Of a stretch of 64,000 nucleotides of DNA, positions 37,342-47,507 are shown piece after piece. The stretch is from positions 384,001 through 448,000 of the forward strand of contig JAVLKG010000005.1 of the NCBI GenBank assembly GCA_032128875.1. The letters are read 5' to 3'. A program made the translations under genes and the position numbers. The notes beneath the pieces are model-generated. The model was not told where the DNA came from. It did not search any database and saw only the letters and a program-made list of their open reading frames with translations. The stretch's first letter is position 1. Every line of letters begins with the position of its first letter. The DNA comes from Candidatus Melainabacteria bacterium 17Bon1m. GTDB taxonomy: Bacteria; Cyanobacteriota; Vampirovibrionia; Obscuribacterales; Obscuribacteraceae.

Positions 37342-38568
37342 ATGAAGATGCATAAGATCCTATTTCTGTTGCCGTCACGAGCGCTCTCCGGTGGTGTTTT
37401 AGTGGCTCGTCATCATGCGATGTTGCTTGCGGCGAAGGGCTACGAAGTTACAGTCGCCTACCTTCACACCTCGGATTTAGACAACGGTTCGGTCTTGCCA
37501 ATAATTGAACCGGCGCAAGAGATTCTTTATTCAGAGCTGGACCGGGACATCACTTTTGATGCTGTTGTTGCAACTTGGTGGGAAACTGCTTATCACGCCG
37601 CACAAATTAAGGCGAGAAGGTATTTCTATTTCGTTCAAGGGTTTGAAGAACGGCTTTACCCTACAGATTCAGTTTGGCCATTGCTTGTGCAACGAACCTA
37701 CCAGTCCGGTTTTAACTTCATCACTGTCAACAGCGGTCTGCAAAAGTATCTTCAAAACCAGTTTGGGCAATCGTCGATTGTAATTCCGCCTGGTATCAAT
37801 CTTGATGATTACGATTGTGAGCCAAAAATTGCGCGCGGCTCGGAATCATTGAGAGTACTCGTCGAAGGGGCGCCTGACGCTGACTATAAGCGCGTAGCGC
37901 TGGCTTTTGAAGCATTGTCGCAGATTTCTTCCGTCGAAACGGTTTATGTGTCTCCAAAGGGCAAAGCGCGACCGGAGTGGAAGGTCGATTATTTCTTTGA
38001 GAGCGTACCTCCTGCCGAGATGCCATCGATTTGCAAGTCTTGCGATTTGGTTTTAAAACTAAGCACAGACGAAAGCTTTTCGCTGCCTGTTTTGGAGTCT
38101 TTCGCAGCAGGAGCCACAGCAATTACTGCTGATTACTACGGTGGCTCGGATTTCATTGTTGATGGTAAAAACGCGCTTGTAGTGGCAGTAGATGACCTTT
38201 CTGCAGCTGTTGCGGCGTTAAGAAGACTGCAGAGCGATAGAAAGCTTTTGAGCGAACTCAAGGCTCAGGCAAAAGCGACGGCAGCAATATACTCGTGGAA
38301 CAAGATGGCGGAGAAAATGGAAAGCGCGCTGCTCGCGGGCTTTGACTTTGAAGCGCCTGAGACTCCTCCGCTAGCCGGTTGTTTGGCACAGTATCAAGCT
38401 CTACATGCGATGCGTTTGGAACTTACTCAAGCCCAATTTGAAAAAGAGCACTACAAGAGCGCACACTCGAAAGTCTCTGCCGAACTGCATGGATCGCGCG
38501 CCTATCGTGTTGGTAATTCGCTTGTAAAAGCATTTCGTTCTATTGCGCGAAATGAGGTGGAACGATGA
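37342..38568 (+). CDS. GT-B (GT4/WsaF-like) glycosyltransferase with C-terminal coiled coil
   Basis: SGG, VVATWWETAY, YFVQGFEE, ESFSLPVLES; helical tail. Confidence 0.8.
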   Translation: MKMHKILFLLPSRALSGGVLVARHHAMLLAAKGYEVTVAYLHTSDLDNGSVLPIIEPAQEILYSELDRDITFDAVVATWWETAYHAAQIKARRYFYFVQGFEERLYPTDSVWPLLVQRTYQSGFNFITVNSGLQKYLQNQFGQSSIVIPPGINLDDYDCEPKIARGSESLRVLVEGAPDADYKRVALAFEALSQISSVETVYVSPKGKARPEWKVDYFFESVPPAEMPSICKSCDLVLKLSTDESFSLPVLESFAAGATAITADYYGGSDFIVDGKNALVVAVDDLSAAVAALRRLQSDRKLLSELKAQAKATAAIYSWNKMAEKMESALLAGFDFEAPETPPLAGCLAQYQALHAMRLELTQAQFEKEHYKSAHSKVSAELHGSRAYRVGNSLVKAFRSIARNEVER

Positions 38569-39914
38569 CGCGGACAAAAGTCAGTTCCTTCGCAAACAAG
38601 TTGGCACCGGCGTATCTGACTGTGTTGATGCTATATCAGTTTTTGCTCTATTTCATGATCGGCAATATTTTTCATTCACTCTTTTTGCCGATGATAGACC
38701 ACACGCATTTTGCCATTGTTTGGGTAACTACAATTATTTTGATTCCATTTTTTGCTAAAGAGTGCAAAAACGCTTGGAATGAAAAGCGGATAGCTGAGCA
38801 GATTTTTCTCGTCTCTTGTGGTGTTTTCGTTTCAATTGCTTCGCTTAAAAGGCTTGGGACTGTTGAAGCTGTGTGGGGCTTGCTTACCGCAATTACCGTG
38901 TTCATGTTTCTATTGCTCGCACCCAAGCTTCTTAAGAAGAGGCATTATGCAGTTTTATTTTGGTTTGTCTGTATTCTTGCCGGAGTTCACGCGGTTAGCC
39001 AGATTTGCTTTGTATTAGGCCAAACACAGCAGTTTTGTGGTTTTAACGTCAACATGCCACATGGGCGATTGATGCGAGTTCCACACCTTCCATTGCTGTC
39101 CCTGCTGGATGGCTATACGGGAGGGTGGTTTACTAATCCCAATTGCTTAGCCAGTTACATCATGGCGATCCCAGCAATTTCTATATTTCTGAGTCAGTCT
39201 GCTACAACCCGCTTAAAAGCAGCCCGCTGGCTCGCTTTAAGCATCTGCGGGCTAACATCAATAAGCCTGCTTTTGACATTCTCCCGTGCTGCTATTCTGT
39301 CAACCATGCTTGGAATGATACCGCTGGCGGTGTACGCATTGCGTCAGCGAAAGGTTCCGGTTTTTGCATCTGTTTCTTTCTTGTTTGTCCTCGTTGGCGT
39401 GCTTTTCTTTGCACAGATGCGATTCACAACATTGGGTGATCCGCTCAGTCTCAGTGGCAGAATGGATATTTGGAACTCTGTCAGTGAATCACTCCAGCGT
39501 TTGCCGTTTTTTGGATACGGAACTTTCAGAGGCACTAACACTGGCGAAACACCTCACAATGTCTTTCTTGCAAATCTTTTGTTCTATGGCGTTCCTGGCC
39601 TTTTCTCTTTGCTTTCTATGTTAGGCTCAGGAATCTACATGATCTGGCGCCAGGTCAAACGAGAGCCTAATTACGGCGTGCTTGCTCTGTTTGGTTTTCT
39701 CTTAGCCTACATTTGCGCTTACTCGCAGATTGAGTTCGTTTTCACATGCCCTCATTCGTTTTCGAATTCGGTTGCCTTGCTGGTGTTTGGTTTCCTTATT
39801 TATCTGAGCACTATCAAGCCAAAAGACATACAAACAGTTCGAGACAATGAAGCGGAATCAGAAATTCTCACAAAGGCTGTCGCAAACGGGCTACAAAAGG
39901 CTGTTCGCACTTAA
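38565..39914 (+). CDS. O-antigen ligase / oligosaccharyltransferase-like (WaaL/Wzy_C) polytopic protein
   Basis: About 11-12 TM; FTNPN, LLTFSRAA, SGRMDIW, PFFGYG, PHNVFL..L..YG.PG. Confidence 0.8.
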   Translation: MTRTKVSSFANKLAPAYLTVLMLYQFLLYFMIGNIFHSLFLPMIDHTHFAIVWVTTIILIPFFAKECKNAWNEKRIAEQIFLVSCGVFVSIASLKRLGTVEAVWGLLTAITVFMFLLLAPKLLKKRHYAVLFWFVCILAGVHAVSQICFVLGQTQQFCGFNVNMPHGRLMRVPHLPLLSLLDGYTGGWFTNPNCLASYIMAIPAISIFLSQSATTRLKAARWLALSICGLTSISLLLTFSRAAILSTMLGMIPLAVYALRQRKVPVFASVSFLFVLVGVLFFAQMRFTTLGDPLSLSGRMDIWNSVSESLQRLPFFGYGTFRGTNTGETPHNVFLANLLFYGVPGLFSLLSMLGSGIYMIWRQVKREPNYGVLALFGFLLAYICAYSQIEFVFTCPHSFSNSVALLVFGFLIYLSTIKPKDIQTVRDNEAESEILTKAVANGLQKAVRT

Positions 39915-39920
39915 GCGGTT

Positions 39921-42152
39921 TCACCTCTGGCAGCGCAAGTAAGCGGCTGTGATGTAATCTGACAGCGCCCCTGGGCTATTATTGACCAAGCTAATCTCTT
40001 CAATCTCATCTGGATAATCGTCGAAAATGCGCCCGGGCTGTGTGTAAACAGCAGGCGCAGCGGGACCAAAAATTGGAATTTCGAATGCACTCGCATTACC
40101 GCTTTTGTATCGTACAACGCAGTTAATTAGTGCAGGTTTTCCCGTGGTCAGGAAGTCTAAGGATTGAAAATTTTGATGTGTAAATGAACCGACTGGGTGT
40201 ATCGAAAGCGTCTGGGCATCAACTGTTTTCAGCTTGCTTTCCGGACTCATAGACAATGCTTGTGTGTTGAGAATATTCTCCGGCGCATACTTAATTCCTG
40301 TTTGTATTTGATCAGGCGGTGCAACAACTTCAATGCGCGGGTATTCGAAGATGGTTGTTTTGTTGCCATTATTGCGAAAACAGATGGTCACGGTTTGTCC
40401 AGAGTAGCGTTTTAGATCTACTTCGTTGACGTTGCTTTGCTTTTCGAACTCACCGTCAGAGCCTCCACCATGTTTAATAAGAAGTTGATTCTGTGCTGGA
40501 AGACTTGCTGCCGGTGTTGCGTTCCCTTTCAAAACTTTGCAGTGGAGTCTTGCCACAGCGCTGTTCTTTGGTATCGTCACATGCCAGAAAACTTTGCTAT
40601 CTCCTTGCAATGCGAGATTGAGGTGGAGATAGTTTTTCCAACTCTTTTGCCGGCTCGGATCTGAACCCTTGACCCAAAAAACGCGTCCGCCATTGACCCT
40701 CTGCAGCTCAACGGAATTCATTGCGAAGTCGCCCTGTAAGAGATATTCGCGATGTGGCGCAAATATGGACCAGCTGTTCTTTTCAAGCGGCACTGCAAGC
40801 GTGTAAGGCTCCAAATTCACCAATTTAAAAATCATTCTGGTCGCATATGTCGGCGCATGAGCGAAGTTGCGCAGCATTGATGCAACGTAAGGTGCTCTGT
40901 TTGTTAGATAAAATTGCTTATCTTCGAAAGACTTGCTGGAGCTCAGATTCAACAAAAGCACCAATGTAAAAACTATCAATGCTCCTGCGCGTACGGCACG
41001 TTGGTACTGGGTGGCAAAGCTAAAGCAATAGAGCGCGATTCCAATCAGTCCGCACCAGTAAAGAGAACTCACAGAGCAGTTTGTTGGCGCGATGAAAGGA
41101 CGTGCCGTAGCTATTAGACCTACTGTTGCTAAACCCATAATTGCGCACAGTAGTGATGGTGCTAACGCGTCCGCGAATCTCTTTTTGTCAGTTAGCTTGA
41201 ACGCGGCAAACAAAAGAAAAGTAATACACACGAGCCCGAACAGACCGGCATTAAAGGATTGTTCTAGGTGTCCATAATGGCTTCCCGTGCCATTTGCGAA
41301 TGGACGTCCCAGTATGTTCAGAAAGATTCCGAAGTTGAATCCGAGAACTTGCTCGGCAATTGACCGTGTGTGTTCCTGCCTGACAGTGAATGATGCTAAG
41401 TAAGGTGCCAAGGAAAGAACTGATGCCGCAATCGCCCATGTATAGTCACAGAGCTTGCGTTTTCCGTTTAAATAGACTTGCACGAATAGCAGTGGCAGCG
41501 CGGTCAGGCTAAGCGCTGTTGTCCAACACCCGATCACGGCTGCCAGCGTGGATGCTATGTTAGCTGAAACTCGGCGAGGAAATCTTGCCAATGCCCAAAT
41601 GCTCAAAAGGCTCATAAGCAGAGACAATTGCCAGGTGACAGCGAATGTCGGGTGAGCGAGAACTGTTGTTTGCGAGGGTGCGAACAGGATTAGGCTAAGT
41701 GGGAGAAACATCGCAAGCCTAGTATTGGCGCTGTATTTGCCGAACATGTAATCGTTCATGAGCAGAACGCGCAAAAGCAGAAGTATTAGAGAGAGGCTAA
41801 GCATCGCGGTTTGCGAGGCGGCTGTCAGTTTGCAATTCAACCAGAAGAGAGCAAGTCCGAGCGCAAAGCTGTGACCATTGATCAGCGTGTCGCGAAAATA
41901 GTTCAACCAGTTGTAGTCACTGGCACTCATGCGCTCAATGAGTCTGAAGAAAATGACGTCGTCGTTGCTGGGTATATCGATACCCGATGTGTAGAGAAAA
42001 CTGCAAGCGCGGACAATCGGAATTAGCGCCGCCAGGGCTAAAAACAAGCAAATCGAGAAGGTGACCTTCTTACCTTGGTTTTGCTCTTCGAATTCCTGAT
42101 TCTTCTGCGCTACTGTTTCCACGCTGCCTATGACATAGATGCAGGGAGCCAA
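39921..42152 (-). CDS. Large polytopic membrane protein with periplasmic C-terminal domain (GT-C-like); start uncertain
   Basis: TM1 followed by IPSNDD acidic loop, about 10 further TMs, then a soluble beta-rich domain. Confidence 0.55.
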   Translation of the reverse strand: MAPCIYVIGSVETVAQKNQEFEEQNQGKKVTFSICLFLALAALIPIVRACSFLYTSGIDIPSNDDVIFFRLIERMSASDYNWLNYFRDTLINGHSFALGLALFWLNCKLTAASQTAMLSLSLILLLLRVLLMNDYMFGKYSANTRLAMFLPLSLILFAPSQTTVLAHPTFAVTWQLSLLMSLLSIWALARFPRRVSANIASTLAAVIGCWTTALSLTALPLLFVQVYLNGKRKLCDYTWAIAASVLSLAPYLASFTVRQEHTRSIAEQVLGFNFGIFLNILGRPFANGTGSHYGHLEQSFNAGLFGLVCITFLLFAAFKLTDKKRFADALAPSLLCAIMGLATVGLIATARPFIAPTNCSVSSLYWCGLIGIALYCFSFATQYQRAVRAGALIVFTLVLLLNLSSSKSFEDKQFYLTNRAPYVASMLRNFAHAPTYATRMIFKLVNLEPYTLAVPLEKNSWSIFAPHREYLLQGDFAMNSVELQRVNGGRVFWVKGSDPSRQKSWKNYLHLNLALQGDSKVFWHVTIPKNSAVARLHCKVLKGNATPAASLPAQNQLLIKHGGGSDGEFEKQSNVNEVDLKRYSGQTVTICFRNNGNKTTIFEYPRIEVVAPPDQIQTGIKYAPENILNTQALSMSPESKLKTVDAQTLSIHPVGSFTHQNFQSLDFLTTGKPALINCVVRYKSGNASAFEIPIFGPAAPAVYTQPGRIFDDYPDEIEEISLVNNSPGALSDYITAAYLRCQR

Positions 42153-43381
42153 TCAAAGTCTTTGATTGCAGAGGCTATATCTACATCATTTTCATGAATG
42201 TATGCAAGCAGCGTTCGCGCTTGTTCTAAATCGAGTATTTTTTGTTCTACGAGTGATTTAAGCGTGTTCGCGCCGTCCATTGTCATTTGAGTCATAAAGC
42301 CGGATTCGAGCAATGAGGCAGCAAGCGACTGGCGTTTTTTTAGAGCCCTTTGCGTAGCTACCTCGAGGTCTTCAGGATGGATACAACCCGTCACTTTCAG
42401 CAACTCGGCAACTTCCAATTCTTCTTCGAAGTACTCTTCCTGTTCCTCCAGCGCCTGCAAAACTTGAGCTATGTCCCAATCGACTGTTTCCAACTTCTTG
42501 GTCAGTTGAATTGCTTGGTCTTCTTGAAGCGCCCCTTCCATGAGCATGTTGAGAAGTTCATTCAAAGCAGTGACGCTTTTTTCAGAACAGAATCCGCAGG
42601 AGATGAGTGCTTCATCGATTGACTTATCCTCAGTCACTTCTATTTCTCGCGCTGAGATCAGTTCTCTCTCGTTTATCAAGCCGGACAGATACATCAGATA
42701 TCCTATATCGCTGTAAGGATAAGGATCTTCCTCCACCACCCCTAATTCCATCAGCGGCTGCAAGAGTGGTAGCTTGCGCAATCGCGCAGACCGAAGGGCT
42801 TGCAGTACCTGGCTTCGTGTGGCAATTCCGTCGCGAATAATTCTAAGACCCAATAGAGCAGAATTTAGCAAATCAACAGTAATGACGCCACGGTTGAGCA
42901 ATACCTGCCCTAGTGGCAAAGAAGCGTTGATACCGTCAACAATTGCTTTCTCAATCTGCTTCTGCTGCGCCGCTGCCGATTCGCGCAACAGGTCTCCTAG
43001 GCGGCTTGCTTTTACGCCGGCGGCCGTGGGTAGAGCGTTGACACGAGCCACTGCTTCTTCAATGGTCAAAGCCTGCTGTTTGATGAGCTTTAGGGCAGTG
43101 ACTCCATTGGTGACGGAAAGTGTGCCGTTGACAATCAGATTTTGCACTTCCAGTGCTTTTCCTAAGAGCTCTTCGGCAAGGTGCCCTTCCATCGACAGAA
43201 TTCTGCCGAGCGGGACGTGCATTTTCACAGCCAGCGCGGTGCAACTGTCGAGCGTTTCCTGATCGATCATTGTCGACTGCACAAGCAAATCGCCGATCTT
43301 GATGGGCAGAGGTTTCTCAGCCTCTGGCTGCAAGTCTTGCCCTTCGGAAAAATTGAATGGTATAAAGTACTCTTCCGACAT
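42128..43381 (-). CDS. Second stand-alone poly-MshEN protein
   Basis: Four paired motifs at roughly 95-100 aa period (KIGDLLVQS...PLGRILSMEG...ALEVQ; RLGDLLRES...PLGQVLLNRGVIT; DIGYLMYLSGLI; EVAELLKVTGCI); no ATPase. Confidence 0.75.
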   Translation of the reverse strand: MSEEYFIPFNFSEGQDLQPEAEKPLPIKIGDLLVQSTMIDQETLDSCTALAVKMHVPLGRILSMEGHLAEELLGKALEVQNLIVNGTLSVTNGVTALKLIKQQALTIEEAVARVNALPTAAGVKASRLGDLLRESAAAQQKQIEKAIVDGINASLPLGQVLLNRGVITVDLLNSALLGLRIIRDGIATRSQVLQALRSARLRKLPLLQPLMELGVVEEDPYPYSDIGYLMYLSGLINERELISAREIEVTEDKSIDEALISCGFCSEKSVTALNELLNMLMEGALQEDQAIQLTKKLETVDWDIAQVLQALEEQEEYFEEELEVAELLKVTGCIHPEDLEVATQRALKKRQSLAASLLESGFMTQMTMDGANTLKSLVEQKILDLEQARTLLAYIHENDVDIASAIKDFDWLPASMS

Positions 43382-43396
43382 CACCTTGCTCCAAAA

Positions 43397-45208
43397 TTAC
43401 TTGTAGCTCTTGGAGATAATCAGCGGGAAGTTAGCTTCGACTGCTCTATCCTTGGCTTTGCGTGCAGCGGACAGCAATTGCTGGACCGAATCCCCGTCAG
43501 CGGGCAGATTGGCGACACCGAAAGCAAGCTTCAGGCTCTTCTTGTCCAGGTTTTTTATCAGTGGCGTCACTGTCAGAGTTTGCAGGATTCGGTTAGCGAC
43601 ATATGCGGCCGATGCGGTTCGCGTGTTCGGCAGAAGCAGTGCATATTCGAGCATCTCGTAGTGCCCTAGGATGTCTAGCGGACGCTTCACCATGTCAATG
43701 CGTCGGGCCGCGTTTTGCACCGCAGACGGTGGCAAAACATCAAACATGGTCTGCAAATCGCCGCGCTTTTGATTGCTGTCGTACTCTTTTTTTCTGTTCA
43801 TTTCAAAAAGAATGATAGACATTGGCCAGCCATAGGCTTCGAATCGATAAAACTCATGCTGCAGATAAAGCAAGAATGCAGAGTAGCTCAGCACGCCTGT
43901 TTCCTGGCGGACCATTGATTCTAAAAGAGCGTCTACTTCTTTCTTGCCATCGCCCAGAAAATCGAGTGCACCGACCTTTACTGCGTCCGGTGGCTTGATC
44001 TCAATTAATTCGCAAGTGAGGAAATTGAAAATCAGTGGAATCCAGTCAGCTGACTCCATCGGTCGGTCGCGCAAAAGATCGTTGAGCGAGTATTTGTGCC
44101 CGATTGTTTTATACACCTCAATCTGTTTTTCGACATTGAGAGGCTCGCCCTTGGTCAACATGAGGCGAACTTCCGTGTCGCCCAGATTGCGTGATTTCTT
44201 GACCAAGTACGCGTCCGTGGTGAGACCCATCCGCTCGAGATGTTTTTTCTTGTCGAGAAGGGCGATACCTTCCATGACTGTGTCCATCATCGGTTTGAGA
44301 ACATTGCGTACTTCTGTCTTTTCATCAGGGAAGAATGCAAATGTCCCTTTGCGCCAGGTGATTAGCTCTCGCACGGCGTTGTCGCCTAAGATACCGGCGA
44401 CGTGCGCGTACATGGCGACGCCGTTAAGGAAATAAATCTCTCCGACACTCTCGTCGCCGAGAATCTCCAGGCGGCCCGTTAATCCGTCGTTGTTCAAGTT
44501 CGACACTAAAGTCGACACTTGAGTGCTTTCGAGAGAGCCTTCCAATGACTTCGTCTCGAGCTGGGGTTCGGGAGCTGTAAAACGAGGACCGTGCTGCGAT
44601 TGTGAGGGCATTTTGTCGCCCAGATAATCGACGCCACCACTTTGTGGTTGCTGAAATGTGGAAAGAGAACCGGAAGACTGAGTAGGGTGAAAACTGCCTG
44701 AGCTGCTCGGCGAGCCCTCTGGATTATAGCCGGCAAGGTCGGCAGGATTTACGGCGGGGGGTGAATTGAAACCGCCCGACGCATCCTGAAACCTTGCTTC
44801 TGGTTGCATCGCGGGCACAGGCTGTGTCAGTGACGCATTCGGATCAAGCGCCGGCATCCCCGTTTTCGAGCGGTCCATGGCGCGAGTACTTTGCACCGAC
44901 ATACAAACCATGTCGTTTACCAGATCGAAATCACCAGACTCCTGCTGCCATAGCATCTGCGCTTCGGTGCCGTCATCTTCAAGCAAAGTCCAGAGCGGAT
45001 TATTTCTGCCGCTTTCTACTTTTACACTTAGGCTGTACGTCAAATTTGTGTTTGGTGCAACGAAAAGCTGCTCAACATCGCGGGGTTGGTTGTCCCGCGC
45101 TTGCTCGAACATGGATTGGTATATATCCATGGTCGGAATGTGTTGGATATTTGGAAGATTGATTCTGCCCCGGCTGGGCGGAGGTTGTGGCTTTTTCGAA
45201 CCAAACAT
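43397..45208 (-). CDS. DUF4388/PATAN-like domain plus degenerate GGDEF domain protein
   Basis: LEGSL...LTGRLEI...GEIYFLNG...GDNAVRELITWRKGTFAF; GGDEF fold (ETGV..., MSIILFEM, RPLDILGHYEMLEYALLLPNT, AFGVA) with EMLEY in place of GGDEF. Confidence 0.8.
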   Translation of the reverse strand: MFGSKKPQPPPSRGRINLPNIQHIPTMDIYQSMFEQARDNQPRDVEQLFVAPNTNLTYSLSVKVESGRNNPLWTLLEDDGTEAQMLWQQESGDFDLVNDMVCMSVQSTRAMDRSKTGMPALDPNASLTQPVPAMQPEARFQDASGGFNSPPAVNPADLAGYNPEGSPSSSGSFHPTQSSGSLSTFQQPQSGGVDYLGDKMPSQSQHGPRFTAPEPQLETKSLEGSLESTQVSTLVSNLNNDGLTGRLEILGDESVGEIYFLNGVAMYAHVAGILGDNAVRELITWRKGTFAFFPDEKTEVRNVLKPMMDTVMEGIALLDKKKHLERMGLTTDAYLVKKSRNLGDTEVRLMLTKGEPLNVEKQIEVYKTIGHKYSLNDLLRDRPMESADWIPLIFNFLTCELIEIKPPDAVKVGALDFLGDGKKEVDALLESMVRQETGVLSYSAFLLYLQHEFYRFEAYGWPMSIILFEMNRKKEYDSNQKRGDLQTMFDVLPPSAVQNAARRIDMVKRPLDILGHYEMLEYALLLPNTRTASAAYVANRILQTLTVTPLIKNLDKKSLKLAFGVANLPADGDSVQQLLSAARKAKDRAVEANFPLIISKSYK

Positions 45209-45762
45209 TCGCGTCTCTCTTCTCTAGGGGTACGTTTATCGGTCATACGGCAGCTCATGGCTTAAAGGTGTAATTCCCCATTATTTGATCAAAGAACCAG
45301 GCATATGAGTAGATTCGAGAGATTGATGTCAAGTAACAGGTTCGTTTGAATGCTTTAAACGCTTGTGGGGCTTTGATCTCGAGGATCTGCTCTGCGAGAA
45401 AAATTTGAGCCTGTGGTGATCGAGGGACGGAAGGGCGAAAGGCTGTCAAGGGTTCGTTGGTTACCAAATTGAAATTCTAAAGTGCCGCTTGGCAATGTGT
45501 TGCAACTAATTAAAACTATTGCACCCTCCGGAGCCACTGAGAGTGTCCGATGAAAGCCTCATAGGCTGACACTTTTGGAAGATGAACTAAGCTTCATTGC
45601 TACCTGAACATAGCTTCAGCCGTGTCAGGAGATGTGCAGAGTTTCTATTGACTATAATTGTCAGTCGGAAAAGGTTTAGAGCTAGTCTGGAATTCGTGGC
45701 CTGCGTTTTGCCCCCTGGGCGTTTCTGCCCTTATCGGTCTAGTGTTCACGGAAACCCGTTAA

Positions 45763-46689
45763 ATGAGCCAAGGAAGCAATAGTCCAGTAATGCCAACTCC
45801 TTTAGCTGAAGCTACGAGAAACAAGATTGAAACAGACAGCGCCATCGCCGATGTTGCGTCGCGTCTTGATCAGCAGCCAGCGATAACTTCCACTGAATCC
45901 TTCGGGTTCTTCTTGTTTCGCTCACTTCGCGAAATGACAAATATCAAGTTTGCACTGGCAAGCTTTGTCGTCAACAATTTGCGACGTCGTTACCGCCGGT
46001 CTGTGCTCGGTTTTGCATGGAGCTTGCTCAATCCGATTCTGACCATGTGCGTCATGACCGCTGTGTTTTCCATTTTGTTCAAGCAGAACCCGAAAGATTT
46101 TGGTGTCTACGTTTTCACCGGTCTTTTGCCTTGGAGTTTTTTCTGCGAATCAGTAGTTGCTGGTAGTGGCTCACTTACAGGCGCCGAGAGTTATCTCAAG
46201 AAAGTCTACATACCGAAGCTGTTCTTCCCCATGGTGACTGTTGCGACAGAAGCAGTGAATTTTGCGTCAAGTATATTTGCTCTGATTCTTTTGGCTGCGG
46301 TTGCTGGTTTTCACTTCACGTGGACTTGCGTATTGGTCTTGCCCATCACAGCGCTCCTTTTCGCTTTCACATACTGCTGCGCACTTTTCTGTTCGATTGC
46401 CACGGTGTATTTCCGCGATTTCGCTCATATTTTGCGAGTCGGCTTGGGGGCTGTTTTTTACACTGTACCTATCGTCTATCCGGTCGCAATGATTCCTGCG
46501 GATTACAGATGGTTTTACGCGTACCATCCCATGGCCCGCTTTGTAGAGCTATATAGGCTGGCAATCTGTGAAGGTCAAATTCCCTCTCTCGAGGTCTGGG
46601 CTTCTCCACTTGTCGTTACCGTTGTGGCATTTCTGCTTTCATTTGCTCTGCTCAAAAAGACTGAGCGCGACATCATTTTCCGCCTGTGA
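45763..46689 (+). CDS. wzm: Polysaccharide ABC transporter permease
   Basis: RYRRSVLGFAWSLLNP, GLLPWSFF, LKKVYIP, YFRDFAH, FYTVPIVYP, HPM. Confidence 0.93.
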   Translation: MSQGSNSPVMPTPLAEATRNKIETDSAIADVASRLDQQPAITSTESFGFFLFRSLREMTNIKFALASFVVNNLRRRYRRSVLGFAWSLLNPILTMCVMTAVFSILFKQNPKDFGVYVFTGLLPWSFFCESVVAGSGSLTGAESYLKKVYIPKLFFPMVTVATEAVNFASSIFALILLAAVAGFHFTWTCVLVLPITALLFAFTYCCALFCSIATVYFRDFAHILRVGLGAVFYTVPIVYPVAMIPADYRWFYAYHPMARFVELYRLAICEGQIPSLEVWASPLVVTVVAFLLSFALLKKTERDIIFRL

Positions 46690-46695
46690 GGTTTT

Positions 46696-47502
46696 GTGGA
46701 CGCACTAATTGAAATCAAGAACGCCACTTTGCGGTTTCGTATTTATCGAAATCGTACTCCTGCGCTAAAGGAAGCCGTTATTCGCGTGCTGTCCCCGAAA
46801 AAAACAGCGAGCGAGGAAGTAATTGAGTTCAATGCTCTGCAAAATTTGAATCTATCCATTAAAGGTGGAGACCGTCTCGGCATCATTGGTTTGAATGGTG
46901 CCGGCAAGTCCACTCTGCTGAAAATGATCGTCGGAATTTATCCTCCGCAGCATGGTTCTGTTCATGTCAAAGGAAAAGTGACACCACTCATTGAATTGGG
47001 CACCGGCTTTGATCACGAATTGAGCGGAAGAGAAAACATATATTTGAACGGCGCCCTTCTGGGACGCTCGTTCAAGCAAATGCGTTCGCTCGAAGAGGCA
47101 ATTATCGATTTTTCCGGACTTGAAGACAAAATCGATATGCCGATTAAGTACTATTCCAGTGGGATGCTCGGACGGCTTGCTTTCTCGATCGGCACCATTA
47201 TGGAGCCGGAAATCCTTCTGGTTGACGAGGTCTTTTCGACGGGCGACGCTCAATTCGTCGAAAAAGCAAGAAACCGAATGGACCATTTGATTTCCAAATC
47301 ATCGATCGTTGTTATCGTTTCGCACAGCATGGACCACATCGTCCATTTCTGCAACAAGGTCGTTGTTCTCAACAAAGGCGCTGTTGTAGCTGAAGGGGAC
47401 CCAGAGGAGATGGTCGAATACTATCGGCAGAACATTGCCAACGTCGGCGCTGCTCCCGCTCCTTATAAACCGGCTTCGCCACAACCTGCATTGACCACAT
47501 AA
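46696..47502 (+). CDS. wzt: Polysaccharide ABC transporter ATPase without C-terminal carbohydrate-binding domain
   Basis: GLNGAGKSTLL, ELSGRENI, YSSGM..RLAF, LLVDE, VSH; only 268 aa. Confidence 0.93.
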   Translation: MDALIEIKNATLRFRIYRNRTPALKEAVIRVLSPKKTASEEVIEFNALQNLNLSIKGGDRLGIIGLNGAGKSTLLKMIVGIYPPQHGSVHVKGKVTPLIELGTGFDHELSGRENIYLNGALLGRSFKQMRSLEEAIIDFSGLEDKIDMPIKYYSSGMLGRLAFSIGTIMEPEILLVDEVFSTGDAQFVEKARNRMDHLISKSSIVVIVSHSMDHIVHFCNKVVVLNKGAVVAEGDPEEMVEYYRQNIANVGAAPAPYKPASPQPALTT

Positions 47503-47507
47503 TCAGT

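Noticed and set aside
43397-43950. Active diguanylate cyclase
   Set aside because: The GG(D/E)EF motif is replaced by EMLEY and the D.D.FK..ND catalytic segment is missing.
45541-45575. Hammerhead- or riboswitch-like hairpin (AGTGTC..AGCCT-CAT-AGGCT-GACACT) in the 555-bp intergenic region
   Set aside because: The core reads CCGAUGA/GACA rather than CUGANGA/GAAA and no third stem is evident; no recognisable RNA family.
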